Shown: positions 40,094 to 50,769, numbered from the stretch's first letter. The stretch is DNA of 64,000 nt from an uncultured delta proteobacterium (GCA_963760795.1 CAVXEP010000002.1:32001-96000); one strand, 5' to 3'. Made by a program: numbers and translations. Notes: a model not told the origin generated them from the sequence alone.

Positions 40094-40788
40094 GTAACCA
40101 CGCCGGCGCGGATCATTGCCTCGGCCAACAACAAATCTTCCGGCACGGTTATCTTAATATTCGTCCGCTCCCCTGGCACGACAAATACCGGTTTGTCCAT
40201 GCGCTCGACCACCATCGCGTCATCGGTCGCTTCGATACCTTCACGCGCCGCCCAATCATGGGCCGCGACGATCAACTCGCGCTGAAAAATCTGCGGCGTC
40301 TGAATTTCCCACAGGCCCGCTCTCTCCGGGGTGCTTTGAACGTAGCCGTCTGTGCTGACCTGTTTGATGGTGTCGCGGACAGCTAGGCCAACTACCGCCG
40401 CACCGTGCGCCACTGCCGCTGCGATACAAAGGTCGATGAGCGGCGCCGAAACAAACGGCCGGGCACCGTCGTGGATCATCACAACATCGGTGCTTGCACT
40501 GACCTTTTCCAGCCCATGCCTGACCGATTGCTGGCGCGTCGCGCCACCCGCGTGCAGAACATAGGGACGGCCTTTCAACGAAGAGTCGGCTTCAAGCAGC
40601 TGACGACAACGCTCGATCTCATCCGCGCTCACGACCAAGATTACCTCGGCGACCAACTGCGAGGAAAATACCCGATCCAGCGCGCGTAGGAGGAGCGGTC
40701 TCCCGGCTATTGGCAGATAACTCTTAGGAGTGGCGCCACCCATCCGGCGGCCGGCACCGGCGGCAACGATAATGGCGGTTACATGCAT
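40090..40788 (-). CDS. ispD: 2-C-methyl-D-erythritol 4-phosphate cytidylyltransferase
   Basis: AAGAGRRM..PK, RQQSV, HDGARP, QTPQ, TDD, NIKIT motifs. Confidence 0.93.
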   Translation of the reverse strand: MHVTAIIVAAGAGRRMGGATPKSYLPIAGRPLLLRALDRVFSSQLVAEVILVVSADEIERCRQLLEADSSLKGRPYVLHAGGATRQQSVRHGLEKVSASTDVVMIHDGARPFVSAPLIDLCIAAAVAHGAAVVGLAVRDTIKQVSTDGYVQSTPERAGLWEIQTPQIFQRELIVAAHDWAAREGIEATDDAMVVERMDKPVFVVPGERTNIKITVPEDLLLAEAMIRAGVVT

Positions 40789-40796
40789 CGCGGCTC

Positions 40797-40833
40797 CAAA
40801 ACAAAAGAGCCGAGAGGTAAGCTCTCGGCTCTT
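40797..40833 (-). terminator. Intrinsic terminator after carD
   Basis: 12-bp stem aagagccgagag/ctctcggctctt followed by TTGTTTT on the minus strand. Confidence 0.65.
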
Positions 40834-40860
40834 AGAAACATATTCGGTTTCGATTCGGGA

Positions 40861-41343
40861 CTAGTGCGTGAATATGTGGCGCAGCTCATCCATGATCTTC
40901 TCTTCGGAGTGGGAGCGCGCGATCGACAGCTCTTTGACCAGCAAGTTGCGTGCGGTATCGAGCATCTTTCTCTCGCCGAAAGAAAGCTCCTTATCGCCTT
41001 TGAGGACAAACAGATCGCGTAACACCTTGGCGATTTCCAAGATCGAACCGGTCTTGATCTTCTCGGTGTATTCACGATAACGTCGGTTCCAAGTCTGCTG
41101 GTCGGTTTCGACCTTCTTCGTACGCAAAACCTTATAGACCTTATTGACCATCGCCCGATCGATAATTTTGCGCAATCCCACGGAATCCACATTGTCGATG
41201 GGGATCATGATCTTCATATCGGTTTCCAAAATGCGCAGCATATAAAACTTTCGCTCCGACCCGGAGATCGTATGCGAGCGAATCGCTTCAATCTCGCCGA
41301 CACCATGGGCCGGATAAACAACCTTTTCACCTACCTTAAACAT
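40861..41343 (-). CDS. carD: CarD/CdnL family RNA polymerase-binding regulator
   Basis: FKVGEKVVYPAHGVG, WNRRYR, LSFGERKML; RBS gaggagg. Confidence 0.93.
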   Translation of the reverse strand: MFKVGEKVVYPAHGVGEIEAIRSHTISGSERKFYMLRILETDMKIMIPIDNVDSVGLRKIIDRAMVNKVYKVLRTKKVETDQQTWNRRYREYTEKIKTGSILEIAKVLRDLFVLKGDKELSFGERKMLDTARNLLVKELSIARSHSEEKIMDELRHIFTH

Positions 41344-41584
41344 GAGAACCTCCTCGTAAACCGAAACATTCCTGAAAACGAACCAGAGTCGATGATGGAT
41401 GGCTGAACCTAGGGGAACAATGAAAATAAGGCTGGGTGAGCTGATTACAGGAGCGACTGGCGAATCTGGCAACGGATAATTTATTTATTTGAGTCATGCC
41501 GCTCGTCGCCGTCCCTCGGTCGGGACTCCAAAAAAATAGCGGCCACCAACTTCGGACCGCCAATTAGCTGTAATCTACACGTAA

Positions 41585-41614
41585 CTTATACAACAGACGC
41601 AAACGGCGCGTCAA
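41585..41614 (-). promoter_or_regulatory. Sigma70-like promoter upstream of the carD leader
   Basis: TTGACG-18 bp-TATAAG. Confidence 0.45.
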
Positions 41615-41723
41615 GCTTGGTGAGATTTTCGCCGAAAAAATAGTCGCGTCAATACTTTATGTTTGAAATATCAATGCATGGCGGGGTTAGCAAAATCGCA
41701 TCAAATTCGCTCAAAACTTCAAC

Positions 41724-42275
41724 TCATCTATCAAGTTCTAACGCCATCGTAAAAGCATCTTCGCCATCGTCGGCGTAATAGCCTTTGCGCAACCCCGTTT
41801 GGATGAAGCCTAACGACAGATAAAGCCTCTTGGCCGGCTCATTTGACTGCCGGACCTCAAGTGTCACGCGAGTCGCCGATTGGGCCCCGGCCGCGGCGAC
41901 GACTTGCTGCATTAACATGCGCGCAACGCCGAGCCGGCGGCAGTCAGAAGCGATAGCGATGTTGTGAACATCGATCGACCCTGGCAGCAGCCAAAAGAGT
42001 ACATAGCCGCAAATTTTGCCGTCGACTTCGGCGAGAATGGAGCGCGCGCAAGCCACCTGCAGCTCCTGCAAAAAGAAGCCCGAACTCCAGGGATAGCGAT
42101 ACGCCGATTGCTCAATCACCATCACCTCGTCCAAGTCATCCTTGGTCATCGGCCTGAGCAACACCGGCTGGCCGCGCACAAAAAAGCCACAGGAGTTTTC
42201 CTCATCCTGTGGCGTTGCGCTTGTCGCTAAAAATGTTTTTGTAGTTAAATCGATCGCCACACTATCCCGGTTCAA
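41724..42275 (-). CDS. rimI: Ribosomal protein S18 alanine acetyltransferase (start uncertain)
   Basis: YPWS, VHNIAI, TLEVRQSN..LY..GF..GLRKGYY..GEDA motifs. Confidence 0.88.
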   Translation of the reverse strand: MNRDSVAIDLTTKTFLATSATPQDEENSCGFFVRGQPVLLRPMTKDDLDEVMVIEQSAYRYPWSSGFFLQELQVACARSILAEVDGKICGYVLFWLLPGSIDVHNIAIASDCRRLGVARMLMQQVVAAAGAQSATRVTLEVRQSNEPAKRLYLSLGFIQTGLRKGYYADDGEDAFTMALELDR

Positions 42276-42278
42276 TCG

Positions 42279-43618
<1,340 letters not shown>

Positions 43619-43708
43619 TCAATTTAATTACTTGTTTCACCTCGGGAAGTCAATAATTTCAGCGCTTATTGCATGTCGCAAACAGAACATGTTACCTATT
43701 TCCGCTAG

Positions 43709-43784
43709 GGCGGCGTACCCAAGTGGTTAAGGGAGAGGTCTGCAAAACCTCGATGCAGCGGTTCGAATCCGCTCGCCGCCTCCA
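43709..43784 (+). tRNA. tRNA-Cys (GCA)
   Basis: GGCGGCG/CGCCGCC acceptor stem, gaggt-ctGCAaa-acctc anticodon arm, GGTTCGAATCC, encoded CCA. Confidence 0.96.
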
Positions 43785-43832
43785 ATTTCCATTTGATATC
43801 GTTGACGAATCCTAGTCCTTGTCCTCATCTCA

Positions 43833-44015
43833 TTAAGAAACGTCCCGGTATTGGGCCAAGTTGAGCGGCAATACTGCGTTGATCGCCTGTTTCAATTCAT
43901 TCGATACGATAATTTCTTTGGCCTGGGCTGCGATGGCTGGTGGTTCGAACCGCTCGGTCAGCTTCGCCACCGCCAATACTTTGTGTTCTTGGGCCAGGTG
44001 GGTATAGCGGTTGAT
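43833..44015 (-). pseudogene. C-terminal remnant of a tyrosine recombinase/integrase
   Basis: INRYTHLAQEHKVLAVAKLTERF resembles the catalytic-Tyr tail; it points toward the tRNA 3' end. Confidence 0.6.
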
Positions 44016-44095
44016 GTGTCGCTTGGTAATGGGGCTTACCTAATTGCAGCCGTTGGCTTTAAGTATTTCTTTAAGTCGGGGCAAAAATCGCCCAT
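44016..44095 (-). pseudogene. Degenerate HicA-like toxin fragment
   Basis: MGDF/APRLKEILKANGC..stop..SPITKR. Confidence 0.45.
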
Positions 44096-44679
44096 CAGTC
44101 AAGTGGGAAGCTTATAGCCCATGATCCTCCTCTACCCGCCTCTATCGCAGCACGACGACGACTGCATTCGATAGCATTGCAAGAGATTATCCACGCCCGG
44201 GACTAGGATTCGGCTTGGACTATCTAGATTTGGTGATGGGCACGGCTCGCAGGGAACTGGTAGTGATCGTCACTCGCAGCACCGGATCAGCTTGTCATGT
44301 TGTTTTTCTCAGCGATGCCGTGCCCATCAAATAAGTGGAACGACTTCTTTTCGAGCAATCAACATGCCGTCCGCCTGCAACGGTTCGCTTGTCCGCGAAA
44401 TTTCCGAAAAGTCAGCGCTAGGGATCAGGTATGGACGAATGCCACGAAGCCCTAGCAGGCATCCGTGCCATATTTTTCACTTACTTCATCGGCTACTCGT
44501 GCAGTTGCCTTGTCTGCGCGTGTGGACCGATTAGCATTCGGTTGACGACGTTTCTGTCCGTTGCAAGGATTGGGACTCAATCATCCGATTCTCTTGCAGC
44601 TGAACATCGAAGAGGGTCCAAACCGCAAGCAAAGCATTGGTGAGTCATTTCACGGGCGTTCTGTGCCGCACGACCATCT

Positions 44680-44943
44680 TCAGTTACCGGCAAGCCCCAA
44701 CAATCGATCGAGTTCACCGTTGGCATCTAGCCTTCTCGCGTCATCATATCCGCCGATCCCACGGCCGTCGATAAATATCTGCGGCACCGTGCGGCGCTGG
44801 GACAGGCGTTCCATTTCGGCGCGTTTTGCTGGATCATCGGTGACATCGATTTCTTCGAACTCGATTTCCTTAGAACGCAGCAGCGCTTTCGCGCGGTTAC
44901 AGTAGGGGCACCAGTTGGTGGTGTAAATTATTACTTGCGCCAT
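44680..44943 (-). CDS. grxC: Glutaredoxin 3
   Basis: CPYC, RTVPQIFI..IGGYDD motifs. Confidence 0.92.
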   Translation of the reverse strand: MAQVIIYTTNWCPYCNRAKALLRSKEIEFEEIDVTDDPAKRAEMERLSQRRTVPQIFIDGRGIGGYDDARRLDANGELDRLLGLAGN

Positions 44944-45026
44944 GTTGTTTGTCTCCGCACCGAAACTATTCAACCATTCTAGACCTTTTGCTTGAAAGCC
45001 TCTAGCGATTTTGTAATTACTGTGGC

Positions 45027-45623
45027 GTGAAACTCGTTGGCTTAACTGGCGGCATCGCGTCGGGCAAAAGCGCTGTGGCGAAAATCTTGGCGCGGCTTGG
45101 CGCGGCGATCGTCGACGCCGACGTACTGTCACGCGAAGTGGTAGCGCCAGGTCATGACGGCTGGAAAGAGATCGTCGCGACCTTCGGCGACGAAGTTCTG
45201 CAAGCCGACCAAAACCTTGATCGGCAAAAGCTCCGCACCCTCATCTTCAACAACCCCGACGCGCGCAAACAGCTCGAAGCGATCATCCATCCGCGCGTGC
45301 GAGCCCTGGCCGAACGACGCATTCGCGAGCATGGTGAAGCCGGCTACGCCGTCGTGGTTTACGAAGTACCGCTGCTGTTCGAAGGCAATTTGCAAGAATG
45401 GCTGCGCCCGGTGATTCTGGTGGCGTGCAATGTCGATATTCAACGCCAGCGGCTGCAGCAACGCGACGGTCTCGACGCCACGGCAGCGCAGAAGCATATC
45501 GACGCACAGATGAGTCTAGAAGATAAACGAAAGTTAGCCGACTACGTCATCGAGAACGACGGCAGCTTGGTGGATCTGGAATCCCAAGTGCGTGGCGTCT
45601 TAGCGAAGATCGAAGCTACTTGA
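45027..45623 (+). CDS. coaE: Dephospho-CoA kinase
   Basis: GLTGGIASGKS, DAD, IHPRV, PLLFE motifs. Confidence 0.93.
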   Translation: MKLVGLTGGIASGKSAVAKILARLGAAIVDADVLSREVVAPGHDGWKEIVATFGDEVLQADQNLDRQKLRTLIFNNPDARKQLEAIIHPRVRALAERRIREHGEAGYAVVVYEVPLLFEGNLQEWLRPVILVACNVDIQRQRLQQRDGLDATAAQKHIDAQMSLEDKRKLADYVIENDGSLVDLESQVRGVLAKIEAT

Positions 45624-46176
45624 CCCGCTCCTGATACGATCCATCGGTAGGATCGACGCGCACCTTATCGCCGACCTGAATGAACGGCGGCACCAGCACT
45701 GTGACCCCGGTCTCCAACTTCGCATGTTTGTAGGAAGCGCTCGCGGTGGCGCCTTTCATGGACGGTTCGGTGTCGACGACCGCCAGGTCGACGGTGGACG
45801 GCGGGTTGATGCCCACCGGCTTGCTGTCGTGGAATTCGATGCCGACCATGGAGTTGGGCAACAAGTAATTCAACAGGTCGCCGATGGTGTCAGCTGTCAG
45901 CGTGATCTGTTCATAGTTCTCGGTGTCCATGAAGGTATGCATGTCGCCTTCGGCGTAGAGGTACTGGAACTGGCGGTTGTCCAAGATCGCCTGGTCGACC
46001 CGGTCTTCCGAGCGAAATTTATATTCAGTCCCAATGCCGGTGCGCAGACTCTTCATCTTGGTCTGCATGAATCCGCGTTTGTTGCCGGGAGTTAGATGAT
46101 GCACGGCGGTGACGCGATAGAGATCGCCCGCGTGAACGATAATCATGCCCGGCCGCAGTTGAGTCGCCTGAACCAT
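45616..46176 (-). CDS. efp: Translation elongation factor P
   Basis: TPGNKRG loop, KGATA, LETG..VPPFI motifs. Confidence 0.95.
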   Translation of the reverse strand: MVQATQLRPGMIIVHAGDLYRVTAVHHLTPGNKRGFMQTKMKSLRTGIGTEYKFRSEDRVDQAILDNRQFQYLYAEGDMHTFMDTENYEQITLTADTIGDLLNYLLPNSMVGIEFHDSKPVGINPPSTVDLAVVDTEPSMKGATASASYKHAKLETGVTVLVPPFIQVGDKVRVDPTDGSYQERVK

Positions 46177-46250
46177 TTCTTCAATACCTTCCTATCGAGA
46201 GTTCAAAGTTGTTAACAGTTTCTTGCCGGCGCTTCAATGCAGGCGAACCA

Positions 46251-47510
46251 CTATGCGTAGAGTCCGCGCCAGAGCATAGCTCTTGTCACCCGTTCGATGC
46301 CGATCATCAGCGCGGCCATGCGCATGTCGACCTTTTGCTTCTGGCTCATGTCCAGCACTTCATGAAAAGCTTTGACGAGAATATCGCGCAATTTCTTAGT
46401 GACTTCGTCCTCGGTCCAGAAAAAATTCTGCAAGTCCTGCACCCATTCAAAGTACGACACGACGACTCCGCCGGCGTTGGCGAGAATATCCGGAATGACG
46501 AAAATCCCCCTGTCACGCAGGATTGTGTCGGCTTCCGGCGTGGTCGGACCATTGGCGCCCTCGGCCAGCAGCCGGCACTGAATGCGCGCGGCATTGTCTT
46601 TGGTGATCTGCATCTCCATCGCCGCCGGCACCAAGATGTCGCACTGCAGTTCTAAAAGCTCCGCGTTGCTGATCTTGTCGCCGTATGGGCAATCTTCGAG
46701 ACTATGGTTCTTGCTGGCGACCTCCAGCAACTTATCCACCGGCAAACCCCTGGTATCGACAAATCCGCCGGTACGGTCGGCGATGCCGATGACTTTGACG
46801 CCAATATTGGTGAGCTCTTCAGCCGCCACCGACCCGACATTGCCGAAACCCTGCACCACCGCCGTACACTTCGCCAAATCGATATTTAAATGCCTGGCCG
46901 CCTCTATGATTGTGTACACCACGCCCCGTCCGGTCGCTTCACGCCGGCCGAGAGTGCCGCCGATAGCCACCGGCTTGCCGGTAACGATCTCCGGCACAGC
47001 ATGGCCTTTATGCTGAGAGTAGGTATCCATCATCCACGCCATAACCTGCTCGTTGGTACCCATGTCCGGCGCAGCTATGTCCACTTCCGGGCCGATGAAG
47101 TTCAAGATCTCCGCGGTGAAGCGCCGGGTCATCGACTGCAGCTCGTGGCGCGATAGTTCCGCGGGATCGCAGGCGATGCCGCCCTTGGCGCCGCCGAGGG
47201 GCAAGCCGACCAGGGAACATTTCCAGGTCATCCACATGGCGAGGGCCGAGACCTCGCCGAGATTCACCGCCGGATGGTAGCGGATGCCGCCTTTGAACGG
47301 TCCCAGCACATCGTTGTGCTGCACGCGATAGCCGGTGAAGACATGAACGCGGCCATCGTCCATGCGCGTCGGCACGCTGACGATCATCGCCCGGTCGGGC
47401 CGACACAAGCGGCTCGCCAAGTTGGGATCGACGCCGAGTTTCTTGGCGGCGACATCGAACTGTTGCACCGCCATATCGTTGGTTTCGCTGCGCCATTCTA
47501 GAGTCGCCAT
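46251..47510 (-). CDS. gdhA: Glu/Leu/Phe/Val dehydrogenase (glutamate dehydrogenase)
   Basis: GPFKGGIRYHP, GGAKGG, APDMGT, VQGFGNVG, EGANGP motifs. Confidence 0.92.
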   Translation of the reverse strand: MATLEWRSETNDMAVQQFDVAAKKLGVDPNLASRLCRPDRAMIVSVPTRMDDGRVHVFTGYRVQHNDVLGPFKGGIRYHPAVNLGEVSALAMWMTWKCSLVGLPLGGAKGGIACDPAELSRHELQSMTRRFTAEILNFIGPEVDIAAPDMGTNEQVMAWMMDTYSQHKGHAVPEIVTGKPVAIGGTLGRREATGRGVVYTIIEAARHLNIDLAKCTAVVQGFGNVGSVAAEELTNIGVKVIGIADRTGGFVDTRGLPVDKLLEVASKNHSLEDCPYGDKISNAELLELQCDILVPAAMEMQITKDNAARIQCRLLAEGANGPTTPEADTILRDRGIFVIPDILANAGGVVVSYFEWVQDLQNFFWTEDEVTKKLRDILVKAFHEVLDMSQKQKVDMRMAALMIGIERVTRAMLWRGLYA

Positions 47511-47545
47511 AGTTTCCCTAATCGTTGTTCGGTCATGCGCCGGTG

Positions 47546-47890
47546 CTAGCCCGGCGGCCAGGTCATCTGCCGGCCACCGAGTAGGTGGTAATGAAGATGA
47601 AGCACGCTTTGACCGGCATCGGCGCCGGAATTGGCCACCACGCGAAAGCCGCTCTCTGCAATGCCCTGCTCGCGCGCCAGACGGCCGGCCACCTGAAAGA
47701 TCTGGCCGATCACGGCACCATCGTTCGCGCCGATGTCAAGCACGCTAACGATATGCTTGCGCGGAATGATAAGGATGTGCACCGGCGCCTTAGGGACGAT
47801 GTCTTTGAACGCCAGCACCGCCTCATCTTGATAGACTAAATTAGCGTTGATCTTGCCGTCGGCAATGCCACAGAACAAGCAATCGCTCAT
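47546..47890 (-). CDS. hinT: Histidine triad nucleotide-binding protein
   Basis: DCLFC, GQSVLHLHYHLLGGR..WPPG motifs. Confidence 0.92.
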   Translation of the reverse strand: MSDCLFCGIADGKINANLVYQDEAVLAFKDIVPKAPVHILIIPRKHIVSVLDIGANDGAVIGQIFQVAGRLAREQGIAESGFRVVANSGADAGQSVLHLHYHLLGGRQMTWPPG

Positions 47891-47931
47891 CAGGAACTCC
47901 TTTAACCTATTTCAATTGCAAAAGCGGCTAT

Positions 47932-48303
47932 TTATTCGTCGGCCGCGCCGGGCAACTTCGCGTAGATTTGCCCCTCGCAGATTTCGATCGGCAGGCTTTG
48001 CAGCGACAATCCAACGCAGGGACCCCAGATGCATTCGCCGGTGGGCGGCTGAAAAACCGCGCCATGGGTGGCGCACATTAGATAACGGTTGTCCGAGCTA
48101 AAAAATTGATTGTTGACCCAGTCAAGGGTGATGCCGGTGTGCGGGCAGCGGTTGACATAGGCGAAGTGGGCGCCGTCGAAGTTGACCAGCAGCGCTTCGA
48201 ACTCGCGCCCAGCGCGCTTCATGGTGAACTTCTTGCTGTTACCATGCTCCAGTTCGCCCACCGATCCGACCAGTTTACCCGCCGGTTGTTTCTGTCCAGC
48301 CAT
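47932..48303 (-). CDS. Rieske [2Fe-2S] ferredoxin-like protein
   Basis: NRCPH..CATHGA..GECIWGPC. Confidence 0.88.
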   Translation of the reverse strand: MAGQKQPAGKLVGSVGELEHGNSKKFTMKRAGREFEALLVNFDGAHFAYVNRCPHTGITLDWVNNQFFSSDNRYLMCATHGAVFQPPTGECIWGPCVGLSLQSLPIEICEGQIYAKLPGAADE

Positions 48304-48318
48304 TGCTGATCTCCTATC

Positions 48319-48798
48319 CTATTCTCCCATCGGCCTCAAATCGCCTTCGGGACAGCCCACCAACACTTCGCCGCGATCCACTTGCACCGGCAAGCGATAG
48401 AGCGACTCGCCCTTGCAGGGACCCGAGACACAGACGCCGCTGGCGAACTCATAGAGCGCGCCATGAGTGTAGCATTGCAAAAAGCGGCCGTCGTCGCTGA
48501 AAAACTCGTCGCGGACGAAATCCAATGGCGTCGGCATATGGCGGCAACGGTTGACGTAGGCGTAGTAGTTGCCGCGATCGTTGATGAGAATCGCGTCGAG
48601 CCGGTACTTCTGGCAGATCAGCCAGAATTTTTTGACCGCACCCGGCTGCACCTCGTCGACCCGCGCAACCACCCGGCCGCCACTGCGGCTCTCCGCCGCC
48701 ATGCGATTGCGGTCGCGGACAAAAATCCAGCGCCGGATCGCCAACCCAGCTAAATAGACCACGAGAAAAACCAGCGACAGATAAATCGTTAGGGCCAT
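48319..48798 (-). CDS. Membrane-anchored Rieske [2Fe-2S] protein
   Basis: N-terminal TM helix; NRCRH..CYTHGA..GVCVSGPC. Confidence 0.85.
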   Translation of the reverse strand: MALTIYLSLVFLVVYLAGLAIRRWIFVRDRNRMAAESRSGGRVVARVDEVQPGAVKKFWLICQKYRLDAILINDRGNYYAYVNRCRHMPTPLDFVRDEFFSDDGRFLQCYTHGALYEFASGVCVSGPCKGESLYRLPVQVDRGEVLVGCPEGDLRPMGE

Positions 48799-48818
48799 TG
48801 GCGAGATTACCCCAAGGA

Positions 48819-49142
48819 CTAGTCGGACTCTTTGTTGACGCTTTTGCGAATCCGCTTGACCTCCGGCGCGGTCTGGCGCCCGGCGATACCCATGACTTTC
48901 ATCAACTCGCTGGTCATCTCAGCGGTCACCTGATCCCGCACGCTGCCCTTGCCGTCGGGATCGGCATCGAGAAATTTGACAATCTTCTCCTTGTCAATGC
49001 CGGTCTCAGCCAAGCCGTCGAGAAATTGGCCGAAGCCCACATTGCCGCGCAGTTCGTCGACACGGGCGAGCAGCTTTTTGCACTCGCCACAGATTCTCCC
49101 AAACAATCCGGCACTCTCGCCGCAATAGACACATTGACGCAT
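48819..49142 (-). CDS. Hypothetical protein with an N-terminal CxxC..CxxC zinc ribbon
   Basis: MRQCVYCGESAGLFGRICGECKK; gene-like ORF within the co-directional cluster. Confidence 0.7.
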   Translation of the reverse strand: MRQCVYCGESAGLFGRICGECKKLLARVDELRGNVGFGQFLDGLAETGIDKEKIVKFLDADPDGKGSVRDQVTAEMTSELMKVMGIAGRQTAPEVKRIRKSVNKESD

Positions 49143-49168
49143 AGCAATTATTTCTTTCGCGAATAAAG

Positions 49169-49972
49169 CTATTTTTTGCCATTCATCGCCGTGGCCCATA
49201 GGCCCTGCAACCCGGGTGTAAGCGCCGCGCCGGCGGCCACTACGCCACGATGTTTGGCCGGCAGGCGATTGAAACGCATCGCATGGCCATCGCCGTCGAC
49301 CACCTCGCCGCCCGCCGCTTCGACCATCAAAACGCCGGCGCAGATATCCCACTCGTGGATCGTACGGAAGGTCAGCGTGCCATCGCCGTCGCCGCCGGCC
49401 ACTTTAGCCAAGCGGTATGCGATGCTGCCCACCGGCTCGATGGCGCAGCGATCGACGAACACTTGAAATCTTTTCGCCGGCTCGGAACGGCTCACCAAAA
49501 GCCGCGCGCCGTCGATGGCCGTACGCTCGCTGGCGTGGATGGCATTATCGTTCAAGTACGCACCATGGCCAGCCGCGCCTTTGAAAAACTCCTCTTGCGC
49601 CGGGTTGTACACCACCGCCGCCTGCACCACACCGTCGACGACGAAACCGATGGAGATCGCGAATTGGGGCACCCCTTCGATAAACTCCTTGGTGCCATCG
49701 ATGGGATCGACGACCCAGACCCGCGATAGCGTCAAACGGCGCTCGCTATCGGCATCTTCCTCAGACAGCCAGCCGTCATTGGGAAAGGTCTTGGCGATAC
49801 GCTCGTGGATGATCCGGTTAGCTTCGAGGTCCGCCGTGGTCACCGGATTGTTTTTACTTTTTTCATGGACATCGTACTTGCCGCGAAACAGCGCCATGAT
49901 CGCGGCGCCGGCATCCCGCGCCGCTTGCTCAGCGGTGCCGAGCTCTTGGCTAAATTGAAAATCTGTCGTCAC
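49169..49972 (-). CDS. Inositol monophosphatase family / CysQ-like 3'(2'),5'-bisphosphate nucleotidase
   Basis: PVTTAD, LSEE, WVVDPIDGTKEF, EWDICAG motifs. Confidence 0.88.
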   Translation of the reverse strand: MTTDFQFSQELGTAEQAARDAGAAIMALFRGKYDVHEKSKNNPVTTADLEANRIIHERIAKTFPNDGWLSEEDADSERRLTLSRVWVVDPIDGTKEFIEGVPQFAISIGFVVDGVVQAAVVYNPAQEEFFKGAAGHGAYLNDNAIHASERTAIDGARLLVSRSEPAKRFQVFVDRCAIEPVGSIAYRLAKVAGGDGDGTLTFRTIHEWDICAGVLMVEAAGGEVVDGDGHAMRFNRLPAKHRGVVAAGAALTPGLQGLWATAMNGKK

Positions 49973-50048
49973 AGGTATCCTTTCAACGAAAGCAAACGGA
50001 GTAATTAAACACTACAACTTGCACGTCGGCAAATGGGCCGACAACCAA

Positions 50049-50639
50049 TTAGAAACCGAGCTCTTCAATGCCGCCGATCGCCCGCGCCCCGGCATGGTGC
50101 ATTTCTTCCAGCGCCCGCGTCGAATCGCCGGGGGCCAGATCCACACCGCGAATCGCGTCCATCAGCAGCACCACAGCGAATCCATGCTTGACGCCGTCGA
50201 GCACCGTCTGTTTGACACAGTAATCGGTCGCCAAGCCGCCGACGAAAATTTGCTCGACGCCGCGCTCGCGCAACAGCACAGCCAAGGCGGTACCATGGGC
50301 ATCGAACGCGTCGAAGCCCGAGTAACTATCGACATCAGCCGCCGTCCCCTTAGAAACGACAATCGCGCTGGCGCCAAGCTGGAGTGACGGATGGAACTCA
50401 GCGCCGGGTGTATTCTGCACGCAATGCACCGGCCAGATGCCGCCGAAGTCTTTGAAATGGCTCGTCTGCGCCGGATGCCAGTCGCGAGTGGCGAAAATCG
50501 GCGCTCCGGCCGCAGCAAAACGCGAGACGTAACGATTGATCGCCAAAGCGGCCCGATCGCCTTCCGCCACGGCGAGCGACCCACCCGGACAAAAATCGTT
50601 CTGCACGTCGACAATGACTAAAGCGGCCTTTTTCTCCAT
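50049..50639 (-). CDS. pncA: Nicotinamidase/pyrazinamidase
   Basis: VDVQNDFCPGGSL, DWH, WPVHC, SYSGF, GLATDYCV motifs. Confidence 0.93.
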   Translation of the reverse strand: MEKKAALVIVDVQNDFCPGGSLAVAEGDRAALAINRYVSRFAAAGAPIFATRDWHPAQTSHFKDFGGIWPVHCVQNTPGAEFHPSLQLGASAIVVSKGTAADVDSYSGFDAFDAHGTALAVLLRERGVEQIFVGGLATDYCVKQTVLDGVKHGFAVVLLMDAIRGVDLAPGDSTRALEEMHHAGARAIGGIEELGF

Positions 50640-50731
50640 CGATTTCGATTATAAAGGATGGTACGGTCCATGCAATCGAGCGTGTCACTGAATGCCGCGT
50701 CGTACGCCTTGCCCGGCAGCAACCGCACGAC

Positions 50732-50769
50732 AATTTGCAATCTGCAATCCGCCATTTGAAATTTGCAAT
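50732..50769. repeat. 7-bp-period repeat (family F)
   Basis: aatttgcaatctgcaatccgccatttgaaatttgcaat. Confidence 0.65.

Noticed and set aside
40090-40788. ispD without an adjacent ispF
   Set aside because: Separation of ispD and ispF is common and not informative from one window.
43851-44117. Plus-strand 88-aa ORF after tRNA-Cys
   Set aside because: It is antisense to the integrase/hicA remnants and has no RBS or motif.
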